From: Tubiluchus corallicola
Lineage: Eukaryota; Animalia; Priapulida
Assembly (NCBI GenBank): GCA_030141605.1
Contig: JAQGDQ010000507.1
Span: 102,121-159,857 of the forward strand
Direction of reading: 5' to 3'
Length of the DNA: 57,737 nucleotides
Below the pieces are notes generated by a model. That model was not told the DNA's origin, made no database searches, and was given only the letters and a program-made list of their open reading frames with translations. Below are positions 38,298 through 52,100 of this stretch, in pieces. Numbering within the stretch: position 1 is the first letter of the stretch; each line of letters opens with the position of its first letter. The position numbers and the translations under genes are program-made.

Positions 38298-39438
38298 TAT
38301 TTGGAACATTCTGTTCACTTTACAAAACTGTTAGCAAATTAAACATTTACAAGAATTGTTTTTTATACCAAGGCCATTTATTATTACATAATTAATGAAC
38401 TAAACCTACAGGTTAGAAATAAATAGCTTTGATGATAATACTAATAAGTAGATATTCACAATGACAGTCAATGATATACACACTAGAGCATAAAACAGAT
38501 TGTAATAAATTAACACCAGCAAAGCTCATTCTAGATAACAGTGATGTTGTTTAAAAGTAAACAAACTGCGAAATTGTAAACAAATTATAAATGCATGATT
38601 AATGAGGACACCTTGAGTGGGATTAAATAAATGATTAAATTAATCATCAGTTGACGTACCCGGCGAATCAAAATCATACAGCACAACCTTTACAAATTTA
38701 ATTGAAATTTAACGTAGCCTACAAATTCATTGTCAATAATCGTTTAAAAACAAAAGTTCATAATAGTTAAATGGCCACCGTAAGACAGTTAATTTAGGTA
38801 GCATCATTGTTCATTTTAGAATCACACAGGATATAGTCAGTACTAGTGTTATTCACAGTAAAACAAGAAGATTCCGCATGCGGAATCGCAATTACACAAA
38901 TCTAAAACGATTAGCCCGCAAAATTACAACATAGCTGCACCAGAGTTGAGTCAATCCTTGTCCGGTTCCATTCACTGTCCATTTGGTGCTGCTATATTGT
39001 ACGTTGATTGGAATATTACAGTCTACAATGAAAAAGGAAGACGGCCGATTCATCAGTAGCTAACAATAATAATAATACACGTACTAACTCATGATTGTAA
39101 CACAAATATGATGACTCTACACACATTTGAGACGTCCTACGCTGATAATATAGAAAATATTTACAACTGAATACGAACAGGCCCGGCACGGTTCAAAACC
39201 GTGATGAAAATTTCACGTTACTAGTTATGATGGCAGTGCAAGTCGACAGCACGTAGACGGGAATGTTTGAATTTCAAACGGTTTGGACACGAGACAGAAT
39301 AAAATAACGTTGACCCAAGGCACAGGCTGGCATAAATAAAGTATGCTAAGTTGCAATATAAATAGACATAGTTGCCATCGAGCCAAACACATCAGCAATA
39401 CATACAAAGAGCAGCTCAAATTGGGAGATCATTATTCG

Positions 39439-40137
39439 CTATTCTTTTTCCAACTCTTCCTCGACATTGTCTTTTGCGGGGACGTCACTACACTCGGCTT
39501 TTTCAGATGCCACCTCAACGGTCGTCTCCTCCATAGCAGCCATCTCCTTAGCAGCTTCTCCGCTTTCTTGTAAACTCTCCTCCTCCCGAGGTTGTTTCTT
39601 TCGACGATTTCGTTCGGAGAGCGCCTCGCGTAACTCTTTCTCTACCAAATCTGCAGCATCCGTCGCACCTTTTGAAGAATGTGAGTCAACGTCACTAGTT
39701 TTGTTAGCCGTTTCCGTCGCTGTTGTTGTTGACGCATTGTCGAGCAAGGATGCAAAAGACGTCGGCATGCTGGAGGGGAGATTGAATCCGCCGAGACCGT
39801 GGGCGGTGAACAGGGGATTCATCATGAAACCAGTCGGAAATATCATCGGTAAAGACGTGGGGACGGAGGAAGAACTGCCGTCTTTATCATCCTTGCTCAT
39901 GGCCAGGCTGCCGGGTGGCAACGGTAAGCCGTAGCCAGGCAAGAAAGGATTTGCATAGCCTTGTAAACCCAAGTATGGCAAACTCATGCCCGGATATGCA
40001 GCCATTAGGTTGGACAATGCAGCGAGGTTACTCGTAGACGGGAAGATACTGCTATCACTAGGAGGTTGTCGGTCAGTGACACGAGTTCGGCGTCGTCCAG
40101 TTTTCACTCGCCCCTTCATTGCTTCTGGCAAATGCGC
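39439..40137 (-). CDS. CHD7: CHD7-like terminal coding exon
   Basis: AHLPEAM...[15 protein letters not shown]...GGFNLP...TAG. Confidence 0.88.
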   Translation of the reverse strand, partial: AHLPEAMKGRVKTGRRRTRVTDRQPPSDSSIFPSTSNLAALSNLMAAYPGMSLPYLGLQGYANPFLPGYGLPLPPGSLAMSKDDKDGSSSSVPTSLPMIFPTGFMMNPLFTAHGLGGFNLPSSMPTSFASLLDNASTTTATETANKTSDVDSHSSKGATDAADLVEKELREALSERNRRKKQPREEESLQESGEAAKEMAAMEETTVEVASEKAECSDVPAKDNVEEELEKE

Positions 40138-43100
40138 CTGTAACAGATCAGAATAAAAACATAATTCTACAATTATATATTTCCGGTTGTATGCTACGAA
40201 TACAACCCAAATAGCCCTTAATTTAATGTTAATTTTGCTCGATACAAAACAAAGAATAAATGTATTTTCTATAGCAAACTGAAATTTAATATGATCAATA
40301 AATGTGAAAAAGAAAGATTTATTGAGACTCTAAGAATAGTACAATATATCAGCAACTTTGTTGAGTCTACATACTTTCAGCATTAATAATGATGTTCTTA
40401 TTGGCTTCTCTTCCACAATTTAGCCAAATTTAGGCAACATCAGCTTATAACCGGAATATTTTATTCCATAACTGGATCATCCAATGAAGCCAAGGTTACA
40501 AAAAACCTCAAACCAGCAATAAATGTGTGAATTAAAGCATCAAAATAAAAAATTGTTATTTTAGTTGCTTTCTAAAGAATACAGTTTTTGAATTTCACTG
40601 ATTTTCAGTCTTTGCCTGACGATGATTTTTTGCAATATTTTGCCTTGCACTTTTTCATCGATCATACTGAATTTTAGTTTGTTAACAAAAATGCATTTAT
40701 TCTGAGTTATCTATATTTATTAAGACTTTCGGTAGAGGTTTTTCCTGCATAGTCGATGTAACATTGTTCAACATAATTTGGCAAATGCTCTGCAAACCCC
40801 GCTACTAACAATGCAGGTTCTTTCTCAAACCTGGCGAAGCATTACCTTGGCTTTAACGATATGAGCCCATTTAGGATCGACATCGTACTCCGGGTTCTTA
40901 CGTAGCCACTCTGCCAGGTGTTTCATTGGTGGTGCCTTTCTTCCAGTTATCTAAAACAAGAAAATTATTTACAACAACTGGATTCAGCAATTAAAGTACA
41001 GTAAAACAGCCAAAAATACGGCATACATACAATGTTGTGAAATGTTCATTTTACGCCACAACTCCTGCATTCATACAATGTTGTGAAATATTCATTTTAC
41101 GCCACAAATGCAGCATTCATACAATGTTGTGAAATGTTTATTTTACACCACAAATGCAGCATTCATACAATGTTGTGAAATGTTTATTTTATGCCATAAA
41201 TGCAGCATTCATACAATGTTGTGAAATGTTCATTTTATGCCATAAATGCAGCATTCATACAATGTTGTGAAATGTTTATTTTATGCCATAAATGCAGCAT
41301 TCATACAATGTTGTGAAATGTTTATTTTATGCCATAAATGCAGCATTCATACAATGTTGTGAAATGTTTATTTTATGCCATAAATGCAGCATTCATACAA
41401 TGTTGTGAAATGTTTATTTTATGCCATAAATGCAGCATTCATACAATGTTGTAAAATGTTTATTTTATGCCATAAATGCAGCATTCATACAATGTTGTGA
41501 AATGTTTATTTTATGCCACAAATGCAGCATTCATACAATGTTGTGAAATGTTCATTTTACACCATAAATGCAGCACTCATACAATGTTGTGAAATGTTCA
41601 TTTTACACCATAAATGCAGCATTCATACAATGTTGTGAAATGTTTATTTTATGCCATAAATGCAGAATTCATACAATGTGTAGTGAAATGTTTATTTTAT
41701 GCCATAAATGCAGCATTCATACAATGTTGTGAAATGTTTATTTTATGCCATAAATGCAGCATTCATACAATGTGTAGTGAAATGTTTATTTTATGCCATA
41801 AATGCAGCACTCATACAATGTTGTGAAATGTTTATTTTATGCCATAAATGCAGCATTCATACAATGTTGTAAAATGTTTATTTTATGCCATAAATGCAGC
41901 ACTCATACTATGTTGTAAAATGTTTATTTTATGCCACAAATGCAGCATTCATACGATGTTGTAAAATGTTCATTTTATACCACAAATGCAGCATTCATAC
42001 AATGTTGTGAAATGTTTATTTTATGCCATAAATGCAGCACTCATACAATGTTGTGAAATGTTTATTTTATGCCATAAATGCAGCATTCATACGATGTTGT
42101 AAAATGTTTATTTTATGCCACAAATGCAGCACTCATACTATGTTGTAAAATGTTTATTTTATGCCACAAATGCAGCATTCATACAATGTTGTGAAATGTT
42201 TATTTTATGCCATAAATGCAGCATTCATACAATGTTGTAAAATGTTTATTTTATGCCACAAATGCAGCACTCATACAATGTTGTAAAATGTTTATTTTAT
42301 GCCACAAATGCAGCATTCATACGATGTTGTAAAATGTTCATTTTATGCCACAAATGCAGCATTCATACAATGTTGTAAAATGTTTATTTTATGCCACAAA
42401 TGCAGCACTCATACAATGTTGTGAAATGTTTATTTTATGCCATAAATGCAGCATTCATACAATGTTGTGAAATGTTCATTTTACAACTTACCTTTTGTCC
42501 AGTTAACCGATTAACGACCGAAACATTCTCTTCTCCGGTAACCTTGTTAGGATCTAGAAGGGCGGGGTCCACTCGATGTCGCCGCCGGTGCCTTTTGTCA
42601 TCAAAGCCCTAAACAGAAAAAAATCTCGACACATTCCTTAAAACAACTAACAACCCTAAAAAGTATGCAGTAAGTTTCTCAAAAAAAAATGTTACAGATG
42701 CAAATATTTTGCAAATTTGAACACAACAACAATGTTAAAAAATGACAAAATTATGAAAGCATTCGTTTTCGCACGTCAAGTCGTAACTGAAAACGCATAC
42801 GTGGAATGAGTGACACTGCTGTACAGAAGCTGAAAATGCGTATCCTTAACTCTACAATACAAAAACGTTTGAACAGTGAAATCAAAGAGATATTCAAACA
42901 GTACCTTGGCAGAATGTGGAGAGAACAAGTCCGAAGAAACGACGTATCGAGGATGGTCCCTCAACCACTGGTCAATGTTACGTTGAGTAGGTGCCGCTTC
43001 ACCGCGCAGTATAGAGCCGTCCTCTATATTTATCACAGGTATATGGATTTCATCTACAAAAACGCCAACATTTCATTCATTAGCAACGATACGTATGAAA

Positions 43101-46100
43101 CTGACACATCTCATTAAGAAAAGCAGTGTTTCATCAAGCTCAGGTGACTATATTGTGCATGGACAATTAGAAGATTTTAATTAAGAAGGCAAGAAATAAT
43201 GCCTAAGGTATTGGAAGAGCACTGCAAGTCATACGCTGGAATATTGCAGAGAGAGAAGTGAAGATCTGGCTGTAAAAAAGTGTGCAACAACTAAAAACCA
43301 TTTTAAAGGCAATTTCAAACAACGGTTTAAATACAGGCATATATTGCATATATAAAAGCTCATTGCCGACGCATTTTCAAAAACCAAACAGACAAAAGTC
43401 AACATAATTGTTCAAATTTCTTCAATTGTTAAACAAGACACTTTATTTAATATATTTCTGACTATCAAGACATGAACTAAGAAATTTTTTCTTCAAACTT
43501 CTAAAGTATTGCTTTCTAGCTATGTCTTCATGAATACCTTGTTTTTGGTCCATTGAAGAATGTCCCACAACGGGTGACATAGGTTTACGTACAGCTGACA
43601 AATCCGCTCGCTCGGCCGCGTGTAACGCCAGCGCCATATCATCCACGTCCTTCCGCTTACGACGTTTCGACAGCTGCTCTATCTCGTCGACGAGCTGCTG
43701 ATGCCGCTTCATCAGTTCGTCCTCGTCTAGACCGGATCGCTTCTGCACGTGCAGGTCTAGCACCCCGCTGCCACCGTTAACAGCAGCTTCAGCGTCTAGA
43801 AAAAAAAAACAAGAAATCACTGATACAACATGTGAAGAGTGGTCAAAATACTCAAACTCATATTATTATTAATACCAGTTACTGGCTTTGCGCAAAGAAA
43901 AGTGAGATTTCGAAGTCAGTACAGGCATATTTCAGCTCACACAATAGATGACACAAGTTCTCAGATACACGTAGCTTTATACGTGCAAATACATGCATTA
44001 ATCTGTTTCTTAACTTTGGACCAGGGATGAGAATGACAAATTGCAAAAAACTCTGAAACAGGCCGCGGGTTTTCGTGCAATTTTGTGACCATAGAGAACC
44101 TCTAAGTGGAGTTAAAATATCAATTACCTTGTTTCGTGCATAATTTAAAATACCCAACTATCAAGGATACATGATACCTAATTGTCTCAAAAATGCCTAA
44201 GTACTGGCCGCTCCTACGTGAAAGTATATAAAAACTGTCTGCAATTGACTCAAATAACTCTGCACAATTGATTCTATATTTTTATACATAGAGATATACA
44301 CGTGGTTACACTGATGTACATGATGTAAACAAAGTGACGGCCTGCCAACTAGCGGTCTGCTTGTGAAATAATGTACTGGGTCCGTAAAAATTTTCTCAAC
44401 GAATTTACGCGATTTACGAAAATGGCACTACTGGTCTTCCAAAAACTCTGAATTCCGCGTATCCGCAGAAAATTCTCATCCCTGCTTTGGACGTGACTAA
44501 ACTGAGTTATCACTTATACTTCTCGAACAACTTCAAGGACGGATTAAACGTTTTTTCGAAATCATGTTTCAGTTTTCCTTTGAATCAATCATACAATGCC
44601 AAACACAAAGAATCAGGCCAAGAAGCAAAAGTTAAAATGGCAGCAAATTTGTATTCACTATAACAACGTAGGCCTAAAGCTAGTTTTAAGCTTGTAAACA
44701 GTAAAAACAAACGCGCAACTAAAACAAGCAAACATCCGTCTAAAACAAAGACACAAACACATTAAGTGCAGGCCAGGCTTACTGTGTGTGGGCTTTGAGC
44801 TTTGATGAGCTGCCGGAGGATTGAGAACTTTGCTCTCCCTGCTTTCCTCTTCAGTCTGTTGCATGCCATGCAGCTTAGCGACTGCAAAAATAAACATTTA
44901 CGTAAGCACAATCATGCTTAATAACCACAAAAGTAAACAGCAACAAATAACGTCGGTAGAAAAATTTGTCAATACAGTGTTCCTTCACTACTTCGCGGTT
45001 CGTTTATCGCGGGTTTTTGCGGTACTCCGTCTAAAGTATTTTTGCACATGCGTAGTACGTATTGTACAGTAATGTATAGATTTGATGAATTTTGCATAAA
45101 ATATTATAAATCATGAATAATTACCACTTGCAGTAAATAGTGCATTTATTCGGCGGATGAATATACACCAAAAACGAAATGTAGTACTTGCGCCAGCTTG
45201 AGATGCTACTTGCCGACGTGAGATTGTACACAACACATGATTGGTTGATTGATGGAATGTAAAATAATGTATAACTACTAAAATAAGTATAGCGTCCCTA
45301 CTTCACGCAAATTCACTTATCGCTGGTGGGCCTAGAACGGAACACCCGCTATAAGGGAGGGAACACTGTAGATTTCCAAAGAGAGCAATCTGCCTCTTCG
45401 TGTCAGTCAACAAAATGTATCTCAAAGCGGTAAGAAATATAAAGAGATGACAAAGTACACAGGCTGTTGGAAAAAAACAAGTGCACTAAGAAATTTTAGT
45501 AGCAGCAGATAATATTGACTTCGATTAAATATACGTTATGAGTAATGAGAAAAAACAGATCAATATTCCTTGAAAATAGCAACAAATCTTGCCACACTTT
45601 TTCTCTGAATCCAATTCTTTCTTGTTCCTTGAAAATTCAAACCTCCACTAAAGACATACAGCGAGCACTTACCGTATTTATTCGAGTACAACGTGCAAAA
45701 TTTTCTACTTAAATAAGAACTCAAAGTTTGGGTGCGCGTTATAAACGCGGGCTGGGGTGACACACGCTTAGATGTATCAATATCAGCAGACTTTGTCAGA
45801 CCGAGGCAACGTCTAGACGGTGCCTGGCCCCCGGAAATCGAGCAGCTAGCCGAGACTTCACTGTACCACAGACGAATGTTAGAGACTGGAGTTGTTCAAC
45901 AACGCACGTGTTCAACAACGTTTGTCACTTACAATGCTGGGTCTGAATCGAGAAAAAGTGAAACAAAATTTTATACCGATTTTTAATCGAAAATTAGGGG
46001 TGCGCGTTATACACGTGTGCGCGTTATACTCGAATAAATACGGGCAACAACTTCTTATCACAAACCATGCCACCCAACGAAGTCAAAAAGAGCAAGAAAT

Positions 46101-49100
46101 GTTCATGAAAATGTCAAAATACGATGTCAGTTAATCGATCGTTACACATCATGATGTCAGCTTTCTCATTTCAACAACAATGAAGAAACTATATCACGAA
46201 AAGCATGAATAGTAAACTCACTTCTTGATATGGCATCTTCAAGTTTCTTCTTTCGTTTCACTGGTAAAGCAGGCTCTGATTGACTCGATGACTCCTGCAA
46301 CAATGTTAAATACTGTTCAAATTCAATAACATAGAAAAAATGCAATAAAATGGGTCATTAGCAATGTAACATATGTAAATTATGAGAGAGTAAAAATGAA
46401 GAAAAATACTAGCTAATATTTACGTTAAAATTAAACTTTACCGTCTTTATTCAAATTCAAATTCAGTTTATTTCACCAGCAAAAAAGCAAACTATAATAA
46501 TACATGTACAACATTTTTGTATATTTGAAAAAACAACAACAAAAATAAATTTTGACTCCTTAAACAGACTATATTAAAGTGTTGAAGTCTGCTGCATAGT
46601 AGCTATAAAGGGAACCTTCTTAAGCCACCACGAAATGTGAAATAAAGAATGAAGAAAAAAAGAGAACGAGAATAAAGTTGCAGTTAGTAGAAAGAAAACA
46701 GAAGGAAAGTCAAAAGAAAACATAAAATAAGAAACCGATGACCATGTTCTGATTAGCTGTAACTTATTTTTAGCAGGAAACCATCAAACGATGATGTTTT
46801 GGTTTAATCTACACACGTCGCATACACATCAAAACAAATGGTTATTTCAGTTAGCTCCGCCAAACATTATACCTGAGAGAGTTTTGGAATAGTCGGTAAA
46901 ACACTTAAAGGCGTTGAGCTTCTAGGTGTAGAAGCCGCAGAACTCACTTCAATTCGACTGTACTCGGAGTACGATGTCGGTGTGCCGCTGCCCGGTGTTC
47001 CCAGGGGCGTGGCTGCGTACTGAGACCCAAGTGGAGCAGCTGCGTACTGCGGGGGAAACATCGGAGGCCTGGCCGGCCACTGTCCATGCTCCACGCAGTA
47101 GGACAAGTGCTCAATCCGATGCATCAAAACTTTATCCTGATAAAAATGTTTATAATGACTTTATTATTTTAATTAAAATTATGTGAACTCAAATTACATC
47201 AATAGCATCAATTACACATTTGTAATTTGTAATTTATTATCACTTCAGCAAGTATTTTCACATTACAATTTGCATTATCATCTTTAACTATTATGCCCTA
47301 TAACTAGAAAATGAAATACAGTTACAATAATTGTAACAGAACTACATTAGTATACTATAGCATCATATAGTTAGGGAAAAAATTCCAAATATAATTAGAA
47401 AAATTTAAGAGAAGTGTACTAACATAGTTACTAAACTACGTAATAGTTTGTCAACAAGAAATAGATGCTGCATGGTGGTCAAGAAGCAAAGCTTGTAAGA
47501 CCACCATGAATTGTTAGTGCCCGTAAAAATACAATTGAATTCTTTCTACTGATGCACATCTTAAAATTAGTGCAGCAATAATGAAAATCTGTCAAACTTA
47601 TTGTGCCACCCATAGTAAACAAGCCAGATGTATATCTTTGACTGCCAACTTTGACTTTTGCTTCACGTGATCTGAACCAACGACTTTTTTTCTAAATATT
47701 CACACACACAGAGACAAAGGGGGGACAATGACTGAACGAAACTGATCAATAAATCCACACGACTTGAAACTAATTTATGTCATAAGGTAGCTTATTTTCT
47801 GCTTCCAAAAAATACACAAAAATCTTACTAAATGGATTTACCTGTAGTACATAACTTGTAAGACTAATAAGCAAGCTAGCAAGTTTTTTTTTCTTTTCTT
47901 TTTTCTCCTCATCTCCTAAGTAATTGTTGATCTTTCTCATACTTACTTTTTCTCTTAAATTTTCTCTTTCAATATTACACTTTTTTGATGCTTTTTTTTC
48001 TCTCCATACTCTCAGTTTTTAACTTTACTTACTAACCTTGGTCAAATTCCCCTGTTAATAAGACCCCATTTGAAACTACTACATATAATAATCCCAATTA
48101 CTGAATAATTGCATTGTTTTGTTTAGATTTTGGTATCTAACTTTTATTCTTTTGTTTTCAGTTCTTTTTGGATAACTTGTATCATTTATACTGTTATTAT
48201 TATTATTTTTTCTTATTTATTTTTGTTATCTGCAGCATCACCATTAATTTTTAATATAGTAATCTATTTATAAGAAAGGGCAGGAGACTAGATGGCCCTA
48301 TGGTCCTTCCCTGCCCTACTCCATGATTATAATTACTTAATATTTAAAAAACTTTTGATGTTAAACTAACTGGAGAAAATAAATGCTCTATGTCTGTGTC
48401 TGTGTCTGTGTCTGTGTCTGTGTCTGTGTCTATGTCTATGTCTATGCCTGTACAATTGCTCACCCTGTGATTCTACTCTGTTTGTAACTTAAACAATTTT
48501 GTTACTGTCACACAAAAATTTTAATTAAATATATGTATAAGCAAATGCATATCAAAGTTAAATGTATATTTTCACTAAAAATATAAACAAATATGCTGCC
48601 TAATTTAGATGCAATACTGGCAGTGTTTAAGCAACACATGCTAAATGTTTTACTAAAAGGCCAGCAGACGGCAGCACTAATCACCATAATTTTGATGCCA
48701 CTTTTTCTTCTGTCACTTACGAATTCATAGCGAAAAGTGTCTGGGGTAGATTAATTTACTGAAGTTAAAAAAGTACCGAAATTTAAAATTGTGTTATAAT
48801 TTTGTCACAAAACTGGGTATTGCAACTGAGTAAATCTTGTCAGACAACTAAATAATGAAAGCTTTACGAGCAATCACTAGAGCTTACCTTGGGCCACCGA
48901 ATCGGATTATGAATAGAATGTGCCAGTAACTGAGCTACAGTTGGTTCATTATCAGATTCGTTGGTGATAAAACTAGTTTGACTATCATCATCCATCAGTG
49001 GAGAGCTCTGTAAATGCAGCAAGGTAAATAAATTGCAAATTTAGTTGACACTCGATTATCTGTAAAAAATAACAAATTGAAAACATGCGAACTCTACAAC

Positions 49101-52100
49101 ATGAAGAACAACATAACACAAGCAGTCACTGCTTACTGCTTGCATAACTGTTAGCTAAAATGACACAAACGAACCAAAATCGTTTAAAACACTTATTTTT
49201 GACTGATTGATTGATTGATTGATTGATTAATTTGATTTGATTTAATATTTTATTTAAAACATTACAAAGTTCATATACAAATCACAAATGAATACACAAA
49301 ATACAATAAATATGGTAAATGACAATAACACAAATAACAATTAACGATATAACAAACTTCGTTTTTTCATTTAGTTTTATTTAATCAACTTACATGAAAT
49401 CTCATCATTTCTGCTCGAATCTTAGCTGGAATGGCAGATGCAACTTCAGCATCATCAAAATCGGTATTTACTCGAGAATCATCTTCATCCTCGTCTTTTA
49501 TCGTCTCTTCGTCACTTTTTGGTTCCTCCTTTTTCATCACACCTTCACCACTTTCTGTTTTCACATCTTCTTCTCTCAGTTCAGTCTTTATCTCCTCTTT
49601 TTTCTCTTCACCCTCGAGACTTTCCTCCTTTTTCAAATCTTTATTCTTGCTGTCTGTTTCTTCACTTGCATCTTCCTCTTTCTTAATTGCCCTCTCTTTT
49701 TCGGCATCGGAATCCTCCTTCGTCGACGGATCTGATTTTTCCATTTTCACTTTTGACTTTGCATCCTCGTCTTCATTACTGACACCATCCGTCTTCCGCT
49801 TCAGTAAATCGAGTTCAATCTCGCCATCGTCATCCCTCGAATCTTGCTTATAACTCAGCAGCTCGGCTTTCAGTCTTTCCTTCTGCTCGGCTTTGATCTG
49901 AAGCAGCTCGGCACGAATGCCTTCTAGCTCATCTGAAAAACGCAAAACATTGGAGTTTCTAGTTTCCACGCCACAGTAGTTTTTAGTAAGATGCGTAGAT
50001 TACCATGTATAAGTACTGCAGAGTGTTCCACACGCTGCAACTATGAATTAATATGAAGTTGATTAAATGATACTATTCCACACACACAGAAAAGTCTGGC
50101 AATCCACTAACGCACCTAATGTTTAACAGGTAGTTAAGCTGAGTGCACACATATGCACTGGCGTGATACGGTGCGATACAGTAAGTGTAGGATTTGAAGG
50201 GTAAGCAGACATTTATGACGTCACGTGCCACTACATGTTATCTCGTAGTTGGCAGTTAACCTGTACATTCTGTTATTTTTCTCTGAGAAGGCTCGTAGAG
50301 AAAACCAGAAAACACGTCGCCAAATTAAACTAGTTTATTATACGAGAATTCTACAACACAAAAGTAGGAAGGAACGCGAAATGTTTACAGTAAATGTGAT
50401 AATCTGCAAACGTGAAAGCGAGAAAGCGTATCTGAGGAACTGAGAATACGAGGATACAAGAGAATAAACTTCAGCGGCCAGCTCCGCCTTATATATCAGT
50501 GCAAAGGAATAATCTAGAAATAGAAAGTTCTAGAAACTTCTACAAAGTAAGAAGATTGTTCTGCTATATTATAGAACATTCTGCAATATTCTATTTAATT
50601 CTAGTGGATCTCCACAACAACGAATCAATTCAAAAGCATACTGTACCTTTCACGGACGGTGACGGCGACGGTGTATGAGGTGTACTAAACACAGACGTCT
50701 GCGACCTGGTTTTCTTGCTAGGTGAATGTTGTAGAATCTCTTTAAATGAAAGCATGGGATCGTGTAGTATGTGGAAGTCAGTTCGTATAACACCATGCCT
50801 ACACAATAAAAACTACATGTAATGTTTGCAGAAAAACAAAACGGGTCAGAAAAACTGACAAGAAGTATGAATGCGGATGTTCTGAGTGTACAACTTTCGA
50901 CAAGGCAACACGAATGTGTTGAGCAAAATTAAAACTGAATTATCTATCAATAATTTCATTAATTTCATTTTATCAACATGCTTCTTAATGAAAAACTGTG
51001 AGTTAAATTTGAGTACTTCGCATGATACTGACGATACTTTTAGGAAAATAAGAGCAGTGATTGGTGGAACAATTTCGGCATAAAAAACATTAGTACAACA
51101 TCATCTTCCTTTATACAACTGCACAAAACATTTGTGTGACAGTTGATTTTTGTGACTATTGAAAAATATGATTTTCCAAAGAAGTAATGGTCATCGCAAC
51201 TCTGATTTCTCAATAATCATACGGAAACGATTACTAAAACTTGAAAACACTAAACATCTACTAGCTATTGTCAACTTTATACAACTTATACGAACTTGCT
51301 ATTTTAAGATGCGGAACACACATACGGTCTGTGTGTATATAATAATCGTTGAATGCTGCCCATGCTTATTTAACTAAATGTATATAGTGGTGAGTTTTGT
51401 GCAACTTTTATTTCAGTATTTTATTGTAGTATGATGTAATGGTTTTCTGTTTTCTGTATGGCTTTTATGCTGAAACGAACTAATCTAATCTATTCATAAG
51501 TTTCAGTTTATGTTTTTCATAACTTTTAATAGCGAGTATGGTCAAGCGATGTTGATAGATACACTGATTATTGTACTGCTGTTAAACCACAATCGAAAAC
51601 GCCACGAAACAAGGTGAAACTTCTTAATCTTGAACTTTCCTATTACGCGTTACTTAAATCATTTTTATTGCAAGGTGCTTAAAAAATTACACGTCTCGTT
51701 TTGTCAGTATACGTCTAAGAAAGCCATAAATTCTCTGCATACCTCTGAAACTCATGACACAATTATTATATTTGGCTTCTAAAACTTCCTGTAAATTCTC
51801 CGATCATTTTACAACGGACCTCCATCGCTTGAATCACTAGATAGGAAAACTATTTTTACCTGGCTGCAAAACTATTTACCTAGCTGCAAAACTGCTTACC
51901 TGGCTGCGCCAACAAGCAAGTCCTTGTCATGTTTACCACAGATCCACCAATCGGGTAACTCGAAGCTCGGCTGGCAAAGCTTCAGACGTTCGTCCAACTT
52001 TGGATGCGTCAAAATGTCGCAGCGAACTTTGTTGAGTAGCTTGATACGATACAAGCAGCGACCGGCACGCTCCTCAGTGATGGGCGCAACATAGATACCC

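Noticed and set aside
39467-49853. Plus-strand Ser/Phe-rich ORFs (39467-39934, 49394-49853)
   Set aside because: Antisense shadows of CHD7-like exons.
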